The notes beneath the pieces are model-generated. The model made no database searches. It was not told where the DNA came from and saw only the letters and a program-made list of their open reading frames with translations. DNA of 64,000 nt from the human T2T-CHM13v2.0 reference genome, Homo sapiens. A program made the translations under genes and the position numbers. Positions 1-14,075 of the stretch are shown here, piece after piece (the stretch's first letter is position 1; each line of letters opens with the position of its first letter). The stretch lies in assembly GCF_009914755.1 (NCBI RefSeq), contig NC_060934.1. The stretch is one strand, 5' to 3'.

Positions 1-616
1 GTATAATTTGCACATATTTTCTCCTATTTTGTAGGTTATGCATTCATTTGTTTATTGTTTTTGTTTTTTGCTATGCAAAACTTTTTAGTGTGATGTAATC
101 CTATTTGTCTCTGAGTCTTCTTATCCTTATCTTAGAAATGAATCTAATACTATTTGTCTGTCTGTGTTGTTGGCTGTGCTTTTGAGGTCTTACTCAAAAA
201 ATATTTGCTAAGATTGTTATCCTAAAGTATTTCCTCATTGTTTTCCCCTAGTAGTTTCATAGTTTTGGTTCTTATATTAAGTTTTTAATCCATTTTTATT
301 TTATTTTTGTATGGGCTAAGAGATAGGGGTCTAATTTTATTGTTCTGCATATGGGTGTCCAGTTTTTCCCACACCAATCATTGAAGAGACTATCCTTTCC
401 CCAGTGTATGTTCTTGATGCCTCTGTCAAAAATGAGTTGGCTATAAATGCCTGGGTTTATTTCTGGGTTCTCTATTTTTTTCCATTGGTCTATGTATCTG
501 TTTTTGTGCCAGTACCATGTAACTCTGGTTACTATAGCTTTATAGTACATTTTCAAATCAGGCAGTGTAATGCCTCCAGCTTTGTTCTTTTTGCTCAAGA
601 CTGCTTTGGGTATTCC
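1..616 (-). mobile_element. L1 fragment (older L1MA/L1PB-type), 3' part of ORF2
   Basis: ORF 296..649(-) reads [53 protein letters not shown], the typical L1 ORF2 C-terminal region. Confidence 0.9.
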
Positions 617-1390
617 AGGAGAATGACATTTTTGAAGAATACTAGCCAATTATTTTATGCAATATCCCTCAATTTAGAATTTTTAGATGCTTCTTCATGA
701 GTAAATTTAGATGATGCATATTTGGCCAGAATAGCATACTGCATCCTTCTCAGTGCATTGTATCAGGAGGTATGTGATATCAATTTCTCCCAGTTGTGGT
801 GATACCAGCTTTGATCACTTGGTTAAGGGGAAATCTGTCAGGTTTCTGAAAAGAGTTCCTGTTTTCCTTTGTATTTAATAAGTATCTTGTGGGGAGATAT
901 TTTGAGACTGTGTAAGTATCCTGTTCCACATGATAATCTCCTTCACTAAGTTTAGCACCTGTTGGTACTTACCTACAACAGTTATTACCGTGGTGTTTGC
1001 CAAATGGTGATTTTCTACTCTCATCACTTCTTATACATTTATTTCTCCAAATACTGCTGTGAGAAAGAGTTTACCATGCTCTCCTATTTATATATTTACT
1101 TATTTATAACATTGTGGTCTCATGGATTCTTACTTTATTCTATGGGTTATAATCCATTACTGTTGTTATTTATGTTGTTGATCAAACTGTTTTAAGATTT
1201 GCCCATTGGGAGACTGTTCCATTTGACTCTTGACTTTTTTTTTTTACATGCCCTTGTTATTTATTGTGCTATTCCTTATTTTCTTTTATAAGTTGATCTT
1301 ATACTTTTCTTTGTCTGGAATTAGCCATTTCTCCAAGGAAATCTGATGACTTTTACTGGAGGAAGGTACTTAGAAATCATGATCTGGACC
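617..1390 (-). mobile_element. Ancient L1 3' UTR fragment (L1MC4/5-like)
   Basis: Resembles 29180-29890 (ttgatcacttggttaagg..., ttagccatttctccaagga), a recalled L1MC 3' end. Confidence 0.6.
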
Positions 1391-1394
1391 GTGT

Positions 1395-1700
1395 TCTATT
1401 TTATCTTCTCCCTATGAGTTAGGCACAATTAGCAATCCTACATTTTTAATGAAATAACTGAGAACTCAAGAAGTTAAATAATACATCTGATGCCACACAA
1501 CTGAAGGTGATAGAACCACTATTTGAACCCAGTCTAAAGTTTGGTCTCCAGTGTCCATACTTAAATTTAATTTCTCTCTGGGATTGGAAAGCTTTTCCAG
1601 TGTCTCTGAGTCTTCTTTTCCTTGTCTTAGCAATGAGTCTAGTACTATTTGCCTCTCAGTGTTGTTGTGATGGCTAAATGAAAGGACACATCGGAAATTG
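1395..1700. mobile_element. Two MIR fragments in opposite orientation (1395-1560 minus, 1600-1700 plus)
   Basis: Core motifs atcctacatttttaatgaaataactgaga..atttgaacccagtct and ctctgagtc..gttgttgtgatggctaaatga. Confidence 0.6.
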
Positions 1701-2661
1701 TCTATACATTATTTGTTCCATAGTGGATACTCAAATATACATTGAATTTGAGCTATATTCACTCAGTATTCATAAACACCCACTTTGTTCGCAGCACTGA
1801 GGTAGAAAATATGCAGGTACATGCATATTTCCTGGTAAGAGCTCATATTTCCTGGCAATAATTTCTAATGTCACTCCTTCCTGTGCATCCAATATAGGAT
1901 ACCAGAATCCTTTCCAAGATAGAATTTAGGCAGACACTACTGAACAAATGAAACGTATTTGCTGCCCTAGACATGAGTGATGAAGGGTTGGGAGAACAGG
2001 CGTGACTCTACCAAAAACAGGCAGATAATCCAGGCTCACATTTCAAAACACCTTGCAACTTAAGTTTCTAACCATTTTCTAACAGTCCTTGAAATTATGC
2101 TAATATAAGGACTTCCAGGCAACATAGAAGACTGGGTGTACATGCTAATACACAAATGACATAGAGGATCAGCATCCCAACTTCTTGGAATATGCCAGAC
2201 AGTAATAAATGTAACAGCCACAAAATTCCAGCCTTGCTTAATTTGGGGAAATGAGAATCAGTTTGTTCTTCCCCTGCTGGCACTGAACAGTGGTTTGCAG
2301 GATCACTGCGTGGGAAAGATCTGACAGTAGAGATCTGAGAGGCTGTCTGTGTGAAGGCTGAATTTCATGAACTATCTCATTGTTGGGATGGTTCCCTTTC
2401 AGCCTCGTGGTAAGTACAACACTCAGGTCACTGTAAGCGCAGGGCAGGCAAGCTTAAGCCACAATGAGTGAAAATATGTGTGTATTGGGTTGGGGGAAGG
2501 GATTTTAGTCTGGATTATCTGAAGCTCAGACTTTAAGCTGAGAGCCTGGGCTGCCAAGCAGGTATATGTAAAGGACAGCTCAGAGCTGAGGTTTAAAACT
2601 AGTATGCTCCAACCAGGCTGTGAAAGTAACTAAAGTAGCTGAGTGCCTCAGATCACCTAAT

Positions 2662-3014
<353 letters not shown>

Positions 3015-3704
3015 TAATGTTTTACAAGTTTGAGACATAAACCTGTGGCATGCTTTTTTTTTGGGAACATGATTCAGAAATCACTTTTTCCTATCAAAAA
3101 GCAGAAAAATGAGCCATGATGATTGGAATCCTTCCTGATCTTATAGGTAGACTGGGAAAGCATAGCTGGGAAGAGCACAGACAGGGAGATCAGAAGAACC
3201 TCGGACTGCCACAAAATGTGTAATGCCAGGTAACCTAAGCCAGCCAGTCAATTTATCTGGGGATCACTTCTTCACTTGTACAGCGAACAAGATGAATTAG
3301 ATAATTGTATAATTCCTTGGAGCTCTGAAATTCTACTGCACAAATAGATGCCTCGTGATCGCTGTTGAGATGAGGTCTTCCAGAGCCTGTGATCCCAGAT
3401 GTGATTGATCATCTTGCCAGAGCTTTAGCCACCTTCTCACCTGTTAGACAATTCCTGCCCCTGTGTCTCTACTGTATCGCCTTTCACAGCTCATATGCTG
3501 CACCTATGCAGTCTTCTTCAGGGTAAGCTGTGTGAAGTTTAAGTTTCTTATAACTATTAAACTTCATCTTGCAAAGGATTCTTCCTTTGAAGACCAGGTT
3601 GCAAAGTAAATAAAAATGAAACTACACTTGATAAAGCAGGGATGGGAAGTCTGTAACCTTATCCTTATTGTGGGATATTTGAATTGTCTCTATTTTTTGC
3701 TATT

Positions 3705-4105
3705 TGTCTTCAAGTTGTCCTAAGAAGGTGGGATCAATATCCCCCATCCTATTGGTTCAGAGTCAAGACTAATGATGCCACACATGCATGAAGAGTGTAT
3801 GGAAACATTTATTATTTACATCATGAGGCTTTCTAGGGAGAGCAGAGGAAACACCCAAGCTTTTCTATTAGATTTGAGTGAGGAAGGCACAAGTGGCTTT
3901 GGTTTCTACTGTGTGTGGGTGTGGGCTGGCATTAGGGCTCCCGTGTACAGGCTCAAGTTTACGTGGTTTGACTTCTATGCTAGTGCCAAGGAAAGGAGGG
4001 CCTGGGATTTTTTTTTAATTGGCTTGCTCATGTGTGAGGGGAAAAGAGAAGTGGGAGAAAAGGGGTCTGAAAGCTGTCAGCAGCCAGATAATGGAGTCAG
4101 ATGAT
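3705..4105 (-). mobile_element. 3' LTR of an ERVL-class provirus (LTR47/MER74/MER54-like family)
   Basis: Homologous to 7006-7421 (shared attggttcaga.gtcaagac, tacatcatgaggctttct, gagagcag). TG at 3705. Confidence 0.7.
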
Positions 4106-4594
4106 CTTACATATTAGAAAATTCCAAGGAAACCACTAAAAACCTATTAGAACTAATACATGAGTTAGCAAGATTGCAAGATACAAGATCAATATGTGAA
4201 AAATCAATTTTCTTTCTATACATTTACAAAGAACTATCCAAAAATGAAATTAAGAGAATAATTTCATTCACAATAGTATATAAATATATTAAATATATAG
4301 GAATAAATTTAATATAATGTGTAAAACTTACATGGTGAAAACTCAAAACATTAAAAAATTAAAGAAGAGCAAAATAATAGAAAGTCCATATTCATGAATT
4401 AAAAGTCTTAATATTATCAAAATGACAATATTTCTCAAATTTATCTAGATTCAGCACAATTCCTATCAAAATCTCAGCTGGCTTTTTTTTTTTTGCAGAA
4501 ATTGACCAGCTAATTTTAAAATTCATATTGAAAAGCAAGGGATCCAGAATAACAAAAATAATCTTGAAAAAGAAGACAAAGTAGGATGACTTGC
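4100..4594 (+). mobile_element. L1M (L1MB-like) ORF2 fragment, part 1
   Basis: gatacaagatcaatat, ggaataaattt, gaaattgaccagctaattttaaaattcata are L1 ORF2 sense motifs. Confidence 0.85.
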
Positions 4595-4949
4595 TGGTAT
4601 GGTTTGGTTCTGTGTCCCCACACAGGTCTCCTCTTAAATTGTAATCTTGTAATTCCCATATGTTATGGGAGGGACCCAGTGGGAGATGATTTGAATCATG
4701 GGGATAGTTTCGCCCATACTGTTCTCGTGGTAGTGAATAAGTCTCACGAGATCTGATGGTTTTATCAGGGGTTTCTGCTTTTGCATCTTCCTCATTTTCT
4801 CCTGCTGCCACTATGTAAGAAGTGCCTTTCATCTCCTGCCATGATTCTGAGGCCTCCCCAGCCATGTGCAACTGTAAGTCCAATTAAACCTCTTTTTCTT
4901 CCCAGTATCGGGTATGTCTTTATCAGCAGTGTGAAAACGGACTAATACA
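4595..4949 (+). mobile_element. THE1A solo LTR (MaLR)
   Basis: TGGTATGGTTTGG start and GGACTAATACA end. THE1A-type ttttatcaggggtttc. 5-bp TSD CTTGC/CTCAC, consistent with CpG decay of CTCGC. Confidence 0.9.
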
Positions 4950-5352
4950 CTCACACTTCCCAATTTCAAAACTTCAAAAACAGTTATGAAGAAAGTATAG
5001 TACTAGTATGAGGATAAATGTATAGATCAATGTAATAAAGTTAAAAATTCAGAAATAAAGCCTTACATTTAAGGTCAATTAATTTTTGACAGTGGTGCCA
5101 AGACATTTCAATGGGAAAAGAACAACCTTTTTGACAAATGATGATGAGGCAACAGAATATGCCTGTACTCATAAATAAAGTTTCACCCCTTCCTTATACA
5201 ATATACAAAAATTAACTCAAAATGGATCATAGACTAAATGTAACAGCTAAAATGATAAAATTTTTAGAAGAAAACATAGGAGTAAGTCTTCATGACCTTG
5301 GGCTAAACTTCTTAGCAATGATACCAAAAGCAAAGCAACCAAAGAAAAAATA
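4950..5352 (+). mobile_element. L1M ORF2 fragment, part 2 (continues across THE1A)
   Basis: cacttcccaatttcaaaact...aaaattaactcaaaatggatcatagac...agaagaaaacatagg. Confidence 0.85.
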
Positions 5353-5354
5353 GT

Positions 5355-7003
5355 GACCCTTAGAATCACCATTAAATAGGAAGATAGTACCCCTTGTATT
5401 ATGGGCCTTAATTTCTATAGGCCTTGTTTTTTTAATCTGTATTGGGACATATTAACTATTTTAACCAGAGATGGATTATTCTATTTTAGGTTCGTGGTAT
5501 TCCATTTTTTTAAGCTGATTTTCAATGTCAAAGATTTAATTTTATTTCAATTTATTACTCATTGGGTTAGGTCATATCTACTACGTGATATATGTTAAGG
5601 CAACAGGTGCTAAGGCCATGGAGAATTTAGAGAAGGAAAGTGTACCAGTAGTCAAGGTGAGGCATACCTGTTTGCCCTCTACTTTGCATTTGGTAAGCAC
5701 CCTAAGAGTATGGTAACTCTTTATTACATATAGATCAATGTAATAAATTTATGTTTAAACTCTTAGGGGAGTTACCACATGCAAAATAGAGGACAGTTTA
5801 AATTTGGTGAGATCCCCAAACATAACTGTAATTTGAGCCACAGAATTAGTTAAGACCATGAAGGTTTGCCAATTCTTTTCAGCTTAGCAGATTTTAGAGT
5901 TAGTTTCAAACCCTGTGTTTTAAAATACAAAAGCTAATTGGCATCCTTTTTACTTTTCAATTTTTATTATATATTTTTAGTACATTTTAGATTTCTAATT
6001 GGATCAAATTATGGATCTCTGTTTTAGTTTCCCCCACCACTCACTTTTATTTACTTGCTTTTAAATTTGACGGTTGCTGGATACACTTTAAAGGGGTTGT
6101 GTCTTCTTTGTTCAGATGTATATATACACATTTTCCCTTCAGAGAGTACCAACTCATTATCATCAAGCTGAGGGACCTCTCCCATGGCAGTTGTTTTATT
6201 GGATAGGGTACTGGCTTAAGTAGAGTTTGAATTAGCCCTTTAACATGTTGATAAGCCACATCACTCAATGAACACCGTGTCTTTGTTGGTCAATTTTATA
6301 TATAATAGTTGTCTGTTAGTGTCCTCTGGCCCTTTAAGTGGGGCAGGGATAATGCATTCAAGTCTACTTCTCATAAAGGTCTGTGCTTTGGCAGCCATGG
6401 ATACTCTTTCCCTTTAACTTTGAGGATCAGGTTTTCTTTTGGTGGCAGAGGGATAGGCAGGTCAGGTATGTGTGAATGAACTGTTCCTAGGAGTGTAGAC
6501 CTCAGTATGCCACAGGGTGACTGTTTGTGACACAATGGCACCCAAAGGGTCCATGTATTACATAGCTTATCAGTATCAGTCTTTTCTGTCATTATTGAAT
6601 AGGGTTCTTTCCTGGTTGAGACACAGAACAAATAGTATTAGGGTAAGAATTGTTTCCCTGAACCTATCATAAACCACAGCTTATGCTAGAATAGAGATTT
6701 AATCTGAGGCACAAAGATAGGCCCAGGCTGAGACATATGACCTAGGGCAACTTTAAGTAGCACCCCAATCCCATACTCTCGTCCCTAAATGCCAATATTG
6801 AAACTTCAACTTAGGTTGATTAAGTCTATAGAAGAGGCACAGTAGGACTCAGCAAATGCAGCTCAAAATACATGCTAACCTGCAGCCTTCCAAAGTGTCT
6901 ACTTGCCTGCCAGAAGCAGAGCCTGTTAGCCCACCAAAAGCAAAGGACAAAAGCTCCCCAGGTGATAGTGGCCATCACCTAGATCATCCTCATCAAAGGG
7001 CCA
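5355..7003 (-). mobile_element. Deleted internal region of the ERVL-class provirus, including the PBS
   Basis: On the minus strand, 2 nt after the LTR end, TGGCCCTTTGATGAGGAT (7003-6986) matches the recalled tRNA-Ser PBS TGGCGCTGTGAGCAGGAT at 14/18. Lies between two co-oriented LTRs. Confidence 0.5.
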
Positions 7004-7005
7004 GT

Positions 7006-7421
7006 TGTCAGGTGGTTGCTTAGCAGAGAAGTGGAATCAATCACCCCCTCCCAAAATTGGTTCAGATGTCAAGACGGACAATGCCACAAAAGCACCAGGA
7101 AGGTGTGAAAATATTCATTACATCATGAGGCTTTCTGGAGAGAGCAGGGCAGGCATCCAAGTCAGTTTGTTTGGCTTGAGTGAAGGAAGGAGCAAAAGCC
7201 TTTGGTTTTTTATTGTGCTTAGGGAGTAGTGTTGGGGAGAGAGTTCCCACATGTGTGCCAATTTTTGCATGATTTGAACTTCCCTCCTTGTGCCAAGCGA
7301 GGGAGCACACTGGCTTTCTTACCAGCCTGCCCAGATGTGGGGCTGGGGGAAAAGTGAAGGAGTGCAGCCTGAAAACTGTCAATGGTCAAATATCAAAACT
7401 GGAATCACATACTTTATTACA
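7006..7421 (-). mobile_element. 5' LTR of the ERVL-class provirus (LTR47/MER74/MER54-like)
   Basis: Minus strand starts TGTAATAAAG and ends ...CCTGACA (TG..CA termini), followed by the PBS. Confidence 0.75.
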
Positions 7422-8137
7422 CCATTTAAAGTAATGCCATTGTAGCATGCTGGTGCACACGTCTTCATGGGATCCATGAAGAAATGGGCTTCCTGGAAAG
7501 CTAGAAATATGAAGATAGTGCTTTTGTTCAAGTACAATTGGTACTGACTACTACCTCTACCTGCACAAGAACGAAGAAAGTTCTTGCCTATAAAACTGCT
7601 AATAAATGGATGTGCATAAATTATTGTAATATATTCTTCTGGCATGATTATGCAAGCTTTGAGTGTAAAGGGCAGTTGTATTGAAAAAAAATGAGCTGTC
7701 TATTACCTTGCAAAGACATGTCCCAACCTACTAAACATGCCTTTCAGGGACTCTGAGAACTAAGAAATACCATGGTATGCTGTGATGTGCTGTTTCTGCT
7801 TCTGTTCTGTGTGGCCACTTCACTTATGGGACTTAATCTAATCCTAAAATGTGGGAGTATGTGGAAATGTTTGTTCTTGTAACTCCATAGTTCATTGAAA
7901 TTAAGTGTAAAGCATTTCTGAATTAGCTAAATGTTCTTCAGCTAAATGTCTAGAAAATAAATTTAAAGGCCAGTGTATCTATCAAAAAAAGGTTTTGGAA
8001 ACTTTCATTAGTTAAATATGATTATTTGGGGCAAATTGAACCTCGAATTTAGTGGTGTAATTTCACTAACTTAAGTATTTAAGCCATTAAAAAATAATGA
8101 ATGTATATTAGAAAGTATGGTAGATTAGACACTCTGA

Positions 8138-8444
<307 letters not shown>

Positions 8445-8971
8445 CCCATCCTCTTAAACAGATCTTATTTCTAGATAAATAATTATTGTTAGTGCATTTC
8501 TGGGTCAGCTAGAAATAGGAGCTATCACCAAACAGGAGAAAACTTAAGAAAAATGCCAAGCTGAAATCAGAGAAAGAAGTACGTGTTTTCCCCAAATTCA
8601 GACATTGAAATATAGAGACAAAGCCTTGGACCCACCATACACTGGGGGATATGAATAAAAAACTCCTTTGTTAGATCTGGATCCTTGAAGTTTAATCAAG
8701 TGGTTTCTTATTTGTAGCACAGATCCTTCCTAAAAGAAAGTTTCATAAGCTTAGGCTGTCAAGATTTCCACAGGTTGATAAAAGGCAAATATGAGCTCAT
8801 GATCAGAAATTAGCAAACACTTAAGGAAATCTCACATAAGAGTTAGCAAAAGAAACAGATTTGAATGCCAAAATGGTATCAGATATTAAAATTATCACAA
8901 TCAGAACATAAAGCAAATTTGTATGAAATGATTAAACAAATAAAGGTGGGTTAAAACAGAGAAAGCAATAA

Positions 8972-9534
8972 GTTTTTTTTAAAATTATTTTATTATTATT
9001 ATACTTTAAGTTTTAGGGTACATGTGCACAATGTGCAGGTTTGTTACATATGTATACATGTGCCATGTTGGTGTGCTGCACCCATTAACTCGTCATTTAG
9101 CATTAGGTATATCTCCTAATGCTATCCCTCCCCACTACCCCCACCCCACAACAGTCCCCAGAGTGTGATGTTCCCCTTCTTGTGTCCATGTGTTCTCACT
9201 GTTCAATTCCCACCTATGAGTGAGAACATGCAGTGTTTTTTTTTGTCCTTGTGATAGTTTGCTGAGAATGATGGTTTCCAGTTTCATCCATGTCCCTACA
9301 AAGGACACGAACTCTTCATTTTTTATGGCTGCATAGTATTCTATGGTGTATATGTGCCACATTTTCTTAATCCAGTCTATCGTTGTTGGACATTTGGGTT
9401 GGTTCCAAGTCTTTGCTATTGCGAATAGTGCCACAATAAACATACGTGTGCATGTGTCTTTATAGCAGCATGATTTATAATCCTTTGGGTATATACCCAG
9501 TAATGGGATGGCTGGGTCAAATGATATTTCTAGT
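8972..9534 (-). mobile_element. 5'-truncated L1PA (about PA3-PA5), 3' end
   Basis: tattatactttaagttttagggtacatgtgcac... ORF 9135..9443 gives the ORF2 C-terminus MFIVALFAIAKTWNQPKCP. Confidence 0.95.
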
Positions 9535-10854
9535 CCTTTTTAACAAGTAACCAGTTTGAAAAATATCCAAGTAAAACTTTCAGTATAAAAATATTATTGT
9601 ATATACTTTAAAACCCACAGTTAAATAGACTATCACTGAAGAGAGAATATTAGTAAACTAGTAAGTTGCTCTAAAGATATTAATATATACAGAATGCAAC
9701 ACTGAAATAACCAGAAATGGAAAGTCTAAGAGGTTAGATGATATAGAGGCTTGAATGAGAAAGTTTTTCATTCAACAAATCAAAGTTCCAGGAAGAGAGA
9801 ATAGGAAAAAGATAGGAGAGCCATACTTGAACAGGTGGCAGCTGAGAATTCTTCAAAATGATGAAAACCATGAAAATATATACGATACATATGGCAAAGC
9901 ATGCAGATAAACTTAAAAGCCCCACCTAACCAAAAATATTAAAACTGCAGAGCACCAAAAACAAAGAGAAGATTTTATGAGTAGCCAGAAGACAAAAGTT
10001 ACCTATAAAGAAATGACAATTAGAAGGCACAAGGCAGATTTCTTGGCATCAAAATGGAAGCAGGGAAGCAGTGGAATTATATTTTCAGAGTGCTGAGAGA
10101 AAAATAAATATCAGCTTGGAATTGTGTTAGAAGTAAATCTATCTCTCAAGAAGGAGTGCAAAATAAGAAATATTGGTATGGACAAAATGGAAAGAATTTA
10201 CTAACTGTATATTCAACTAAAAGAACTTCTAAAGCAGGTACATGAGAAAAGGTATAAATTATCCTGGAAGAAAAGTGTGAAATGATTTAAAGGAATCATG
10301 AGAAAAAAATGGCAAACATATAAGTAAATCTAAACCAACACTTTCTTTATTAAAACATAATTTGTAGATTTTCACAAAAGGACAGAAGGAAATCACTGTC
10401 AAATGTAACATCTAAGTCAGGAGGAAGTGATCAGAGTTTAAATGTTCAGGCAAAGGATTTAAGATATTAATATAAGATTTTTTAGATCAGCAATTTGTGA
10501 TATATTTTCACGAATCACCGCCAAAAAAAAGAGTGTTTAAATCCCAACCTAGTGAAGCAGAGAAATATATATATATAAACATATATATATATATATGTAA
10601 TCAAGAAAAGAGAAAAAGAAGCTTAGAAGTGGAACAAATACAAATTCCGAAGTAATATGCTAGAAACATGTCTAAAGGGATCAACCATCACAATCACTAA
10701 ATGGACTGAACTCACAAGTGAACTACCGACATTGTCCTATTAGATGAAAAAATAAATAAACCCAACTATATATCCTTTAAAATATATGTATGAAAATATA
10801 AGGACACACATGTTTGAAGATATACCAGGCAATGGCAACCAAAACAAAATGAGA

Positions 10855-10919
10855 ATATCTATCTATATATCTGTCTATCTACCTACCTACCTACCTATCC
10901 ATCTATCCATTTATCTATC

Positions 10920-10970
<51 letters not shown>

Positions 10971-10990
10971 ATCTCTATCTGTATCTCTGT
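10855..10990 (+). repeat. Compound (TATC)n/(TACC)n tetranucleotide microsatellite
   Basis: Directly visible tandem units, with about 12 pure TCTA units at 10921-10969. Confidence 0.95.
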
Positions 10991-11130
10991 CGAATAGAAT
11001 ATATCTCTCATATATAGAATTCAAGACAAAAAGTATTACTGGGGACGAAGAGGACCTCATGTAATGATAGACCTTTCGATTCACCAAAAAGATTTTTTAA
11101 AATCTAAGTTTGTATGTACCTGTTAAAATA

Positions 11131-11319
11131 TTATATTTCATCATACCTAAGATACCGACATTTGTAAGACGTGCTGTTATTTTATCTACCACTGTCAACA
11201 GTAAAAAACTCCTGCAACTAAACTATGAAATAATGGTTTCATATTATGTCAATTATAAGAGATCTTCATTTTGAGATGTTAAATATGAAAAAAACTGTCT
11301 TAGAATTAATGAAGTATGA
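11131..11319. mobile_element. Tc2-type non-autonomous DNA transposon (MER104/Kanga2-like)
   Basis: Terminal inverted repeats tatttcatcatacctaaga and tcttagaattaatgaagta, with TA flanks. Confidence 0.6.
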
Positions 11320-11635
11320 TAGCTTCACACCACTTAAAGCAACTATTTATGTAAGAGAAAAATATATAAAAATCTACATAACAGTAAAAGATTTCAAAAT
11401 ATTTCTTTCAATTGTGATAGCTCAAACAGAACAAAAAAAGATATAAGAGATGAATAACAAGCTGATTTTAATGGACATATGTAGAACTGTGCACAGAGAA
11501 CACACATTCTTAAGCATATATGGAACATTTTTTAATTTGACCACATCTTAAGCTATAAAAGCAAATGTTAACAAATTTCAAAAACTAAGTATCACATGTT
11601 CTCTGACTACAATAAAATTTTAATTTAGAAATTTA

Positions 11636-11834
<199 letters not shown>

Positions 11835-13701
11835 ATTTTTTTTTGAAATTGAAACACATGGCTCATAAAAAATAATGGAAATTAAAAATCCCTAGAGTTG
11901 AACATTTATGAAAATACTGTATATTGAAAAAGTGGCATGCATTCATTTATAATGAAAATCTGTCAAGGAACAAGGAGTTGAATGGAACTTTTTAGCTAAA
12001 TAAAGAGTATCTACCTAAAACAAACAAAACCTATAGCATACTTTGTTCTTAATGGTAAAAAGTTAGAAGCATTTCTTGTAAAGTCAAAAGTATATTCAAA
12101 GAAAAGTAAATTTTCCCTTCCATCCAGACTGTCCTGCAGAGACAAAAACATATTCATATATGTTTGGCAGGGAGAAGGACATAAAGAGAAAGATTTTGTT
12201 TTGGTTTGGCTTGTTTTAAGATTTTTTTAAATGTTTGATATACGGTGACAGCTTTCCCACAAAACTGTACTAATTGAAACTTCTACCAACAGAGTGTGAG
12301 AGCATTCATTTCACTACATGATCACAAACATTACGTACTACCATTTTAAAAAATAGCAAAATGCCTCTTTAAAAAATTTATATGATGCCTTGTGGGACTC
12401 AACTTGCTCAATGAGTTTATTGACTATTTTTATTTTTATGTTATAAACAGCTCTTCTTATGGAGCTGTTAATAATGTTTGCTTTTATTTGTAAGAAATGT
12501 TTACTAAAGTAGGTAATAATCCTTCAGCTGTCATAGATGATAAAAAGCATACTTTTTTTAAGTTTGTAATTTGGGTTTTACTTTTTTATGGTGTTTTACC
12601 ATGGCAGAGGAAAACTTTTTACATGGTTAGACCTAACAATATTTTCTTGTATTTTTTCTTCCTTTGCTTTTATTGTATATCCCTAGAGATTGGAGAGTCT
12701 CTAATCGTTTGTGGTGATCGTTGTCTAATAGTTACTTTTCTTGTGTTGGAGTATCTGGTTAGGATTGCAAATTCATTTAGTCCTAATATTTATTAAACAG
12801 TGCTTCATTTCCTCACTGATAGAAAATATCAACTTTATCATAGTATATATTATTTTGTGATAGAATCTTGTTCTTTTCCTTCTATTTTGTAACACTAATC
12901 TTTCAGTTTTTTTTTTTACAAGTTCCATGTTGTTTAACTATTGCAGCATTATTTCTGAGATCATGATAATTCTTATTACTCACCCTGATTATTCTTTTTT
13001 CTTTTTTGCTCCTTTTTATTGGATACTGTTTTAAAAATTACAAACATTATCCACCCTCTTCTATTTCAAGATGACGTCAACTATTCTTTTTAAATGTATT
13101 AACTAAGAGGAATGCAGAATCATTTTCTAAAGTTAAAAATAAAAACTTGTCCAATCTCTGATATATTTTTTTAATAGTGTTTGACCCATAAAATTAGGGA
13201 CATCTGAAGTAGGATTCTAAAGTAAGAAATATACCTGTTTGTTTGGAAAGGTAGAAAGGAAATAGTTACATTCTCACGTAACCAAAGTTTTAAAAAATTA
13301 TCTAGTGTCATTTATCTGACATTATTTCTCTAAAGTGCCTCATCAACTCCAGCCAGACAAATCTCTTCATTATTCCTGCTTCAGGCCATGCACATTTCAA
13401 ATTCTCAGGCTTTGCTGAGAATGTTCTTTGCCAGGGATATTTTTTCTCTTTCTTTCTGTTTATTAAAATTTGTTTCTTTAAGGCCAAACTCTAGCTCCTT
13501 CATCATGAAGCTTCTTTTAGTATATGTTCCACAGAGTTTAAACATTTTAGAACTTTTTCTAATTATAAAAGCAAGAAAATAAACTCATAGAACATTTGAT
13601 AAAAAATAGAGACATATTTTCTATAATATTAACTCCCTATTATGAATTATATATATTTCCTTGCAGTATTTCATATGAATACATAGTTGTAACTCTAGTG
13701 A

Positions 13702-14075
<374 letters not shown>

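Noticed and set aside
296-649. 117-aa ORF with clear protein similarity
   Set aside because: A fragment of L1 ORF2 with a start borrowed from adjacent repeat sequence; not a gene.
4392-4883. 163-aa ORF
   Set aside because: Antisense read-through of the THE1A LTR and L1.
9135-9443. 102-aa ORF
   Set aside because: C-terminus of L1 ORF2 in a 5'-truncated L1PA copy.
13072-13079. Perfect CRE palindrome TGACGTCA
   Set aside because: An isolated 8-mer in AT-rich, repeat-rich DNA with no supporting context.
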